Origin: an uncultured Spirochaetales bacterium
GTDB taxonomy: Bacteria > Myxococcota_A > UBA9160 > SMWR01
Length of the DNA stretch: 26,684 nucleotides
Reading direction: 5' to 3'
Assembly: GCA_964597285.1 (NCBI GenBank)
Contig: CAZQYK010000404.1
Location: forward strand, 1 to 26,684
Both the position numbers and the translations under genes were made by a program. This document shows positions 16,884 through 23,862 of the stretch, piece by piece (the first letter of the stretch is position 1; each line of letters opens with the position of its first letter). A model generated the notes under the pieces. That model saw only the letters and a list, made by a program, of their open reading frames with translations. It searched no databases and was not told where the DNA came from.

Positions 16884-18031
16884 CACGACCAGCGCACCCG
16901 CGGGTGGATCTTCTGCGTGTCGATGCGATCGGCGTAGCGACCCACCGTGCCGAGCATTCCGGTCACGGTTTCGTCGTCGATCGGGTGAGGTCGCAGGCCC
17001 AGCTCGAGCAATCCGGAATGCGCCGGGTTGTAGTAGTGGTCCTCCTTCTCCTTCCGCGGGTTCTGGATGTGCTCGATCTTGACGTCCATGCCCTGGTCGC
17101 GGCCGACCCGCGCGACGCGCTCTGCGAGCTCGTTGACCGAGAACACCTCGGTGAACTGGTTCAGGATGCGCAGTTTGCCGCGCTCGACGGGGTGGGCGAG
17201 CGCGAGCTCGACGCACTGCATCGTGTCCTTCAGGTTCAGATAGCCGCGCCTCTGATTCCCCTGCCCGTAGACAGTCAGCGGCACGCCCGACACCGCCTGG
17301 ACGAGGAAGCGGTTGACCAGCGTTCCGAAGATGTCGTCGTAGTGGAAGTTCGGCAGCAGCGCGTCCGGGAGATCCACGTCCTCGACGCACAGTCCGTACA
17401 CGGGGCCTTGCATCAGGTCGGTGACCCGGATCCCGTAGATCCGCGTGTAGAACCACAGCAGATCCGTGTCGAGCACCTTCGTCGTGTGGTACAGCGAGCC
17501 GGCCGCCCGGGGGAACAGGAAGCGGTCCTTCCGGCCGCGGTGCTCGATGTCGATCCAGCCCTCCTCGATGTCGATGTCGGGCGTCCCGTACTCTCCCATC
17601 GTTCCGAGCTTGACGATGTGACAGTCCGGCGCGTGCCGGAGCACCGACCAGATCAGGTTGAAGGTGACGTCGAGGTTGTTGCGCAACGTGAGCCTCGCCT
17701 CGTCGAAGCCGATCATCGAGTAGGGGGCCGACGGCTGCTCCGCGTAGTGCACGACTCCGTCGGGCTGGAACTCCTCGACGACGCGCGCGAGGAACGCCGG
17801 ATCTGCGCAGTCGCCGACCCGCACGTCGATGCGGTGACCGCTCAGCGCCGCGAACTGCTCGGCGCGCGCCGGCAGCGACGGCGTGGGGAACAGCGGCTCG
17901 GAACGCGTCTGGAGCGCCATCGTGCGGCGCAGGTAGTTGTCCACCGCGCACACCTCGTGCCCGGCGCGGGCGAGGTGCATCGCCGTGGGCCAGCCGAGAT
18001 AGCCGTCTCCGCCGAGGATCAGGACTCTCAT
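16883..18031 (-). CDS. sqdB: UDP-sulfoquinovose synthase (SqdB/SQD1/Agl3 family)
   Basis: MRVLILGGDGYLGWPTAMHL..., VDNYLRR, VVHYAEQPSAPYSM, HIVKLGTMGEYGTP, IEEGWI, YHTTK, TDLMQGPVYG, YDDIFGT..NRFLVQA, PLTVYGQGNQRRGYL, NQFTE, NPRKEKEDHYY. These match SQD1-family signatures along the whole 382 aa. Confidence 0.9.
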   Translation of the reverse strand: MRVLILGGDGYLGWPTAMHLARAGHEVCAVDNYLRRTMALQTRSEPLFPTPSLPARAEQFAALSGHRIDVRVGDCADPAFLARVVEEFQPDGVVHYAEQPSAPYSMIGFDEARLTLRNNLDVTFNLIWSVLRHAPDCHIVKLGTMGEYGTPDIDIEEGWIDIEHRGRKDRFLFPRAAGSLYHTTKVLDTDLLWFYTRIYGIRVTDLMQGPVYGLCVEDVDLPDALLPNFHYDDIFGTLVNRFLVQAVSGVPLTVYGQGNQRRGYLNLKDTMQCVELALAHPVERGKLRILNQFTEVFSVNELAERVARVGRDQGMDVKIEHIQNPRKEKEDHYYNPAHSGLLELGLRPHPIDDETVTGMLGTVGRYADRIDTQKIHPRVRWS

Positions 18032-19101
18032 GCGATCTCTCCCAGTTGCAGGTTCCGTCGATCCGGAGCGAGTCGCGCGGCTCGGGCCTCGTCCACCTCG
18101 AGCAGGCCGCGGTCGATCAGGAAGCGGCGGAGCTGGATCCGGCTGAGCGGCGCCTCGAGCCGCGAGTTGTACGCGCGCGCGACCGGCTGGTGTCCGTTCC
18201 GACGCAGCGCAGGAGGAACCGCGATGTAGGCGCCGATGTCGTACGCCCGCTGGCTCTCCTCCTCCGTCAGCAGCTCCTCGTAGAGCTTCTCGCCGGGGCG
18301 CGCGCCGATCTCGCGGATCTCGACGTCCGTCGGATCGAGCCCGACGCTGGGGGCGAGCTCCTCGATCATCACGTGCGCCAGGTCGACGATCGCGGCGACC
18401 GGCATCTTCGGAACGAAGACCTCGCCGCCCTCGGCGAGCGGCGCCGACTCCATCACGAGCTTCACGCTCTCGTTGAGCCCCATGATGAAGCGCGTCATCG
18501 AGCGGTCGGTGATCGTCACGGGCCCGCCGGCCTCGATCTGCTTGCGGAAGAGCGGGATCACCGACCCGCGGGAGCCCAGGACGTTTCCGAAGCGGGTCGA
18601 CGAGAAGCGGCACCCGGAGCCTCGCGTGAACTGGTTCGCCGCGCTCATCAGCCGCTCGCACATCAGCTTCGAGCTGCCCATGACGTTCGTCGGGTTCACC
18701 GCCTTGTCGGAAGAAGTCAGGCAAACCTGCCGCACCCCGTTGGCGACCGCGGCGTCGATCGCGTTCTGCGTGCCGATCAGATTGCACTGGAGCGCATCTC
18801 GCGGAGAGCGCTCGCAGATCCCGACGTGCTTCAGCGCGGCGCAATGGAAGACGATGTCGACGTCCCGGAAGCGCTGGACGAGCGTGTCGCGGTCGCGGAC
18901 GTCGGCGAGGAAGAGATCGACCGGATCGTCGGCATGTGCTTCGTCGAGGAAGAACAGCTCGCTCTCGTTGTTGTCGAGACCGATCACGCGGACGTCGGAG
19001 ATGCGCACGAGCTGGCTCAGGAGCTCGTGACCGACCGTTCCGGTCACGCCGGTGATCAGGATCGTCTTGCCGGAGAAGTGCGGGTGCGGCAGATGGCTCA
19101 T
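18028..19101 (-). CDS. UDP-N-acetylhexosamine 4,6-dehydratase (Polysacc_synt_2; CapD/CapE/PglF catalytic-domain-like, soluble)
   Basis: ILITGVTGTVG, VFHCAALKHV..CE, SSDKAVNPTNVMGSSK, RFGNVLGSRGSVIPLF, MTRFIM, IGARPGEKLYEEL. ATGA overlaps at both ends. Confidence 0.92.
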   Translation of the reverse strand: MSHLPHPHFSGKTILITGVTGTVGHELLSQLVRISDVRVIGLDNNESELFFLDEAHADDPVDLFLADVRDRDTLVQRFRDVDIVFHCAALKHVGICERSPRDALQCNLIGTQNAIDAAVANGVRQVCLTSSDKAVNPTNVMGSSKLMCERLMSAANQFTRGSGCRFSSTRFGNVLGSRGSVIPLFRKQIEAGGPVTITDRSMTRFIMGLNESVKLVMESAPLAEGGEVFVPKMPVAAIVDLAHVMIEELAPSVGLDPTDVEIREIGARPGEKLYEELLTEEESQRAYDIGAYIAVPPALRRNGHQPVARAYNSRLEAPLSRIQLRRFLIDRGLLEVDEARAARLAPDRRNLQLGEIA

Positions 19102-21320
19102 GCCGAGGGTCCCATCGAGTCCGGCTCGCGCTGGACCGCGTCGAGATCGTCGGGGTCGTAGTCGTCCGCGTCGCGAGTCCGCCCGCGGTTGACGACGGTT
19201 CCCAGCACGGTCGCGTTGACGCGAACGAGTCGACGGTGGGCCTTGAACACGATCGGACGCGGAGCGCGCCGTGGATCGACGACGACGATCACGCCGTCGA
19301 CGAGCGTCGACAGCACCACCGCGTCGCTGACCGGAATCAGCGGCGGCGAATCGATCAGGACGTAGGCGTAGTGCTGGCGGAGATAGCCGAGGATCTGCTT
19401 CATGCGGTCGGATCCGAGCAGCTCGGTCGGCTTCGAAGCCGGCATGCCGCTCGGCAGGAAGTCGATCGTCGCGTCCTGGATCTCGAGCTTGTGGAGCTGC
19501 GGAAGCGTGCCCGACAGCGCCTCGCTGAGGCCGGGAGTCGGAGGCAGTCGCAGCAGGCGCTGACAGCTGGAGCGCCGCAGATCCGCGTCGATCACCAACA
19601 CCGGCTCGCCGAGGTGTGCGAAGAGCGCGGCAGTATTCAGCGTCGTGGTCGTCTTGCCCTCGCCGTGAACCGAGCTCGTGAACAGGATCACGCGTTGAGT
19701 CTCGTCCGCCTGCGCCAGCAGCACGCCGGTGCGGATCGCGCGGTAGGCCTCGCTCGCCGCCGAGAAGGGATCGCGCGAGACCGCGAGCGCTCGACTCGGA
19801 GGATCCCAGTTGCGCCCGACCATCGCGCCGAGCAGCCGGCGGGTTCGCGACGGAAGCCGGGGGCGGCTGCCGCGGCCCAGGCGCGCGAAGTCCGGCACCA
19901 CCCCGAGCGCGGGAATGCCGAGGTAGCGCTCGAGCTCCTCGGGCGTGCGAACCGTGTTGTCGAGGTATTCGACGGCGAAGGCGATTCCCGACCCGAACGT
20001 GAGACCGAGCGCCAGCGCCAGCGCCAGGCTCAGCGCCGTGCGCGGGTGCGAAGGCGCCTCGGGCGTGAAGGCCTCGTCGATCACCGTCACGTTCGAGGCC
20101 TGCACGTCGGAGGCGACGCCGAGCGCGAGCATGCGCTGGCGGACCTCCTCGTAGAGCTGCCGATTCGCGTCGACCTCTCGCTCGAGTACCGCGTATTGGA
20201 CGCCCTCGTCCTTGAGCGCGAGGACGCGATCCTTCTGCTCGTCGAACCGTGCGCGCAGCACGTCCTCGTGCTGGCGAGCCTCCTCGAAGGAGGAGCGCGT
20301 CGACGCCACGAGCGCGGAGATCTCGTGTTGCAGGCGTCCGCGCAGGCGCTGGATCTTCGCCTCCTGATCGCGCGGCCACAGAGGGTTGCCGTCGCGCTCC
20401 AGGTTCGCGGTGCGCGCCGCGAAGTCGGCCTCGAGCATCGCGAGGTGCTCCTTGAGGCTCGCGACCAGCGGGCTCGACACGACCGCGGGGATCGACTCCG
20501 GATCGCGCGAGCTGCCGACCGTCGCCACGGACTCGCGCGCGATGCGCTCCGCCTCGGCTTCGGCCAGCTTCTGGTTCAGCGCCACGAGATGCTCGACCAG
20601 GACGTTCTCGCGGTCGTCGAGCGAGAGGATGCCGTGCTCGCGCCGGTACGCGTTGAGCTCGCGCTCGGACTCGTCGACCCGTTTCGCGAGCCGCTCGAGA
20701 TTGCGAGCCAGGAAATCGCGCGAGTCCTCGAGCGACTGGCGGCGCAGTTCGAGCGCCCGGATCATGTACTCCTGCGCGTGGGTGGCGACGACGCGCGCCG
20801 ACAGCTCGGGGTCGGGGCTCGTGAACGTGACCCGGACCAGCCGGCTCTCCGGATAGGGCTCGACGCCGAGCCAGTCCTCTGCGTACTCGTCCAGGAAGTC
20901 GGCCGAGATCGGCCGCTTCGCTTCCGCGACCTCCGGCTCCGAACTCGTCCAGCCGCCGAGATGCTCGCCGAGCGCCGCGCGGAACGCGTCCGAGCGGGTG
21001 TGGAACTGGGAGGGCGCGAGACCCTCGCGCTCTACCACGGCGCGCGCCAGGCTGCGGCTGCGCAGGATGTCGTACTGCGTCATGTAGTAGTCCCGCGCCT
21101 CGTCCGACGAGAGGTCGAGCGCGCGGGCGGACTCCAGCTGCTCTTCGGGCTCCGGCTCGATCAGCAGCACGACCTCGGCGGTATAGAGGGGCGTGGCGAG
21201 TGACACGTAGAGCCCCACCACTCCGACGCACGCCGCGGCGACGAGCAGGATCAGCCCTCGACGCTCCCTCAGGATCCTCCCGAACGCCCGGAGATCGGGA
21301 CCGAACTCGTAGTCCTGCAC
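19098..21320 (-). CDS. wzc: Wzc polysaccharide co-polymerase / BY-kinase (GumC/Wzc family)
   Basis: GTG start after GGAGG. Two TM segments flank a coiled-coil periplasmic domain; EAYRAIRT, Walker A SSVHGEGKT, A' IDADLRR, Walker B LIDSPP. Confidence 0.92.
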   Translation of the reverse strand: MQDYEFGPDLRAFGRILRERRGLILLVAAACVGVVGLYVSLATPLYTAEVVLLIEPEPEEQLESARALDLSSDEARDYYMTQYDILRSRSLARAVVEREGLAPSQFHTRSDAFRAALGEHLGGWTSSEPEVAEAKRPISADFLDEYAEDWLGVEPYPESRLVRVTFTSPDPELSARVVATHAQEYMIRALELRRQSLEDSRDFLARNLERLAKRVDESERELNAYRREHGILSLDDRENVLVEHLVALNQKLAEAEAERIARESVATVGSSRDPESIPAVVSSPLVASLKEHLAMLEADFAARTANLERDGNPLWPRDQEAKIQRLRGRLQHEISALVASTRSSFEEARQHEDVLRARFDEQKDRVLALKDEGVQYAVLEREVDANRQLYEEVRQRMLALGVASDVQASNVTVIDEAFTPEAPSHPRTALSLALALALGLTFGSGIAFAVEYLDNTVRTPEELERYLGIPALGVVPDFARLGRGSRPRLPSRTRRLLGAMVGRNWDPPSRALAVSRDPFSAASEAYRAIRTGVLLAQADETQRVILFTSSVHGEGKTTTTLNTAALFAHLGEPVLVIDADLRRSSCQRLLRLPPTPGLSEALSGTLPQLHKLEIQDATIDFLPSGMPASKPTELLGSDRMKQILGYLRQHYAYVLIDSPPLIPVSDAVVLSTLVDGVIVVVDPRRAPRPIVFKAHRRLVRVNATVLGTVVNRGRTRDADDYDPDDLDAVQREPDSMGPSA

Positions 21321-21359
21321 AGCTTCCTCCAGCGGATCTGGGGCGGCGAGCGCTGGCAA

Positions 21360-21375
21360 AGCAATGAACGTGCCG
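21360..21375 (-). promoter_or_regulatory. Sigma-54 (-24/-12) promoter of the wzc operon
   Basis: Minus strand CGGCACG-TTCA-TTGCT with correct GG/GC spacing, 40 bp upstream of the wzc GTG. Confidence 0.75.
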
Positions 21376-21563
21376 AGGCCGGCCGCCCCCGACGGAGAGA
21401 GTGCGATTCGCCGGGAGCCCACTGGCGCGCAGGCGCACTCGGAACGGACTCGCGATCGCAGCCGCGTCGCGAAGCTTTGTAGAACGTTCCCGGATTCGTC
21501 CATGAAACGCCTCGAAAGATCCTCCAGTCCGCCTTGGAGCCGCCTCGGAAGGTGCCCTTTCCT

Positions 21564-21579
21564 TGGCACGCGTCTCGCA
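21564..21579 (+). promoter_or_regulatory. Sigma-54 (-24/-12) promoter of the kinase-GT4 pair
   Basis: TGGCACG-CGTC-TCGCA; the ATG follows at 21594. Confidence 0.7.
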
Positions 21580-21593
21580 GACCGGCCAGCGCG

Positions 21594-22418
21594 ATGCCTA
21601 CACGCTCCCGCGACAGCTTCGTCGTCGAGTTCGTGGGTCTGCCGGGAGCCGGGAAGTCGACGCTCTCCCACGCGGTGGCCGAGCTGCTGCGAGCGCGTGG
21701 CGAGCGGGTCAGCGAGCCCACCTACGACCTCACCCGGCGTTCGACCTGGCTCTGGAAGCGGCTGCAGAAGCTGCGCTACGCCGGCGCGATCGCGCTGGGC
21801 CATCCGCTCTGGACGGCCGCCACGCTGCGCCGAATCCGCGCGACCCGGCAGCACAGCGTCAACGACCTGCTCGCGACCTCCTTCAACCTGCTCTTCGTCT
21901 GCGGGCTGCTCGCGCGCGTCTCCCGCCGGCCCGGCATCCACCTGATGGATCAGGGCTTCTTCCACGCGCTCTGGTCGATCGACTTCAGTGCGCGCGCCCC
22001 CGAGCGGCTCGTCGACGTGCGCGTGCACGCGCGCGGCGGCTCGTTGTTGACCCGCGCGGACCTGGTCGTGATGCTCGACGTGCCGAGCGACACCGCGGTG
22101 TCCCGCATGGCCGCTCGGGTGGGCACGCAGAGCCGGCTCGAGTTCCTGATCCCGTCGCCGGACTTCGCGAGCCACCTCGGCGCCGCGCTGCGCGCGCTCG
22201 AGCGGCTCCGGGATCGGCTCGACGACCTCCAGCGCAGAGGTCTGCCCCTGGCGATCGAGCGCCTCGACGACGACGGGCGCGGCGCGCTCGAGAGCCACGC
22301 GCGCTGGACGGCCGATCGGATCCTCCGCAGCCGGGACCGCGCGTTCGAGCCTGCGCTCGCGAACGGATCGCCCGCCCTCGACTCCGCCGGCTCCGCGCTG
22401 CCGAGGCGCGCCGTTTGA
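21594..22418 (+). CDS. P-loop kinase, thymidylate-kinase-like fold, substrate unknown
   Basis: VVEFVGLPGAGKST Walker A; LMDQG at the position of the TMK DR motif; DLVVMLDVPSDTAVSRMAAR resembles the TMK lid region. Confidence 0.7.
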   Translation: MPTRSRDSFVVEFVGLPGAGKSTLSHAVAELLRARGERVSEPTYDLTRRSTWLWKRLQKLRYAGAIALGHPLWTAATLRRIRATRQHSVNDLLATSFNLLFVCGLLARVSRRPGIHLMDQGFFHALWSIDFSARAPERLVDVRVHARGGSLLTRADLVVMLDVPSDTAVSRMAARVGTQSRLEFLIPSPDFASHLGAALRALERLRDRLDDLQRRGLPLAIERLDDDGRGALESHARWTADRILRSRDRAFEPALANGSPALDSAGSALPRRAV

Positions 22419-23623
22419 ACGCGCCGCAGGCCACGGCCTGGACGCAACCCCCGGGGGCCGAACGCCCGATCCGCGTTCTGCACGTCCTGAACGCCTTGAA
22501 TCCCGGCGGCGTGCAGTCGGGACTGCTCCAGACGTTCCCGTTCCTCGACCGCGAGCGCTTCCGCATCGATCTGATGACTGGAAGCCCCCATCCGGACCGC
22601 CGCTTCCAGGCCGCATTCGAGCGGATCGGCGTACACGCGGTCCACGCGAGATACCGCGAGCGTCCCCTCTCGTTCTTCGGCGACTTCGCGCGGCTGCTCC
22701 GCGAGCGCGGCCCCTTCGACGTCGTCCACAGCCACATGCGGCACTACAGCGGCGTCGTGATGCGCTGGGCAGCTCTGTGCGGCGTCCCGCACCGGATCGC
22801 GCACGCCCACAACGACCTGAGCGTCTGGATCGCGGAAGCGGGCCTTCGCGAACGCGTCGAGTTCGCACTCGCCCGACGCTGGGTCCGGCGACACGCCACC
22901 GCGTGGCTCGCCGTGAGCCGCGAAGCGGGCCGCAGCCTCTTCGGCGCCGACTGCGAACGCGATCCCCGTTGGTGCCTGGCCCCGAGCGGGATCGATCTGG
23001 AGCCCTTCGAGCCGACGTGGGACCGCGCCGCGGTTCGGGCGGATCTCGACATCGACGACGCGGCGCTGGTCGTGGGCCACGTGGGCCGATTCCACCCGCA
23101 GAAGAACCACCGCTTCCTGATCGAAGTCTTCGCAGAGGTTCGCAGGCGAGCTCCGAAGGCTCGGCTCGTCCTGGTGGGTGAGGGCGAGGCCGAGTCCGAG
23201 GCGAGGCGGCGCGCCGACGAGCTCGGCGTCGCCGACGCGGTCTCGTTCCTCGGCGTCCGCTACGACGTCCCGCGCCTGATGCAGGGCGCATTCGACGTGT
23301 TCGTGCTTCCGTCCCGCTTCGAGGGCCTTCCGCGCACCGTGATCGAGGCCCAGGCATGCGCGCTGCCGTGCGTGATCTCGAACGGCGTCACGCGCGAGGC
23401 CGACGCGCTGCCGGCGCTGGTGACCCGGCTCGGACTGGGCGACCCGCCGGATCGCTGGGCGCGCGAGGTGATCGCCGCGGCGGCGCGCCCGCGGCCGATC
23501 GAGCGCTGCGCGGCACTCGCCGAGATCCGCCGCATGCCGCTCGAAGCCCACCAGATCGCGGCCACGCTCGAGCGAATCTACTCGGCGTGTGAAGGCGCGC
23601 GCGCCGGGCCGGATCCCGGCTAG
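22415..23623 (+). CDS. Glycosyltransferase family 4 (CapH/EpsF-like)
   Basis: TTGA overlap with the kinase stop. RVLHVLNALNPGG, DVVHSH, IAHAHN, GHVGRFHPQKNHRFL, FLGVRYDV, PSRFEGLPRTVIEAQACALP. Confidence 0.9.
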   Translation: MNAPQATAWTQPPGAERPIRVLHVLNALNPGGVQSGLLQTFPFLDRERFRIDLMTGSPHPDRRFQAAFERIGVHAVHARYRERPLSFFGDFARLLRERGPFDVVHSHMRHYSGVVMRWAALCGVPHRIAHAHNDLSVWIAEAGLRERVEFALARRWVRRHATAWLAVSREAGRSLFGADCERDPRWCLAPSGIDLEPFEPTWDRAAVRADLDIDDAALVVGHVGRFHPQKNHRFLIEVFAEVRRRAPKARLVLVGEGEAESEARRRADELGVADAVSFLGVRYDVPRLMQGAFDVFVLPSRFEGLPRTVIEAQACALPCVISNGVTREADALPALVTRLGLGDPPDRWAREVIAAAARPRPIERCAALAEIRRMPLEAHQIAATLERIYSACEGARAGPDPG

Positions 23624-23862
23624 CGGCGCTCGTCGTCGAGGCGCAGCCGGATCTCGCGAGCGAAGGCGCCGGGGCGCTCGCCGCGGCGCGCGAAGAGCGC
23701 CTCGCTGTCGGCAATGCGCGCCTCGCTCCACTCGACCGGGAAGACCTCGCCGTCCATCAGGTAGCGGCGCACGTGCTCGTCGACGACGAGCGCGTGGAAC
23801 GCGTCGAGATCGGCCCTCCGCAGCGGCCGGTAGCGGAGCCGCTCCGAGAACGGCCCTCTCAG
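23620..23862 (-). pseudogene. GNAT (RimJ/RimL-like) acetyltransferase remnant, about 80 aa
   Basis: SERLRYRPLRRADLDAFHALVVDEHVRRYLMDG resembles the Acetyltransf_3 N-terminus, but the acetyl-CoA-binding core is missing. Only a CTG start (CTGA overlap) is available. Confidence 0.6.

Noticed and set aside
21399-21440. Inverted repeat GAGTGCG...CGCACTC between the divergent sigma-54 promoters as an enhancer site
   Set aside because: Short arms, long spacer, very close to one promoter, and no second copy noticed near the 8858 promoter.
21594-22418. Calling the P-loop protein APS kinase (CysC) or a sulfotransferase because of the sulfo-sugar context
   Set aside because: I see neither the CysC LDGD motif nor a PAPS-binding sulfotransferase motif, and SqdB uses sulfite rather than PAPS.
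19098-23357. Giant ORFs of 1419, 1136, 939 and 906 aa suggesting fusion proteins
   Set aside because: Only the C-terminal parts carry motifs. Internal starts with RBSs or stop/start overlaps explain them, and the Arg/Ala/Pro-rich extensions overlap other real genes.
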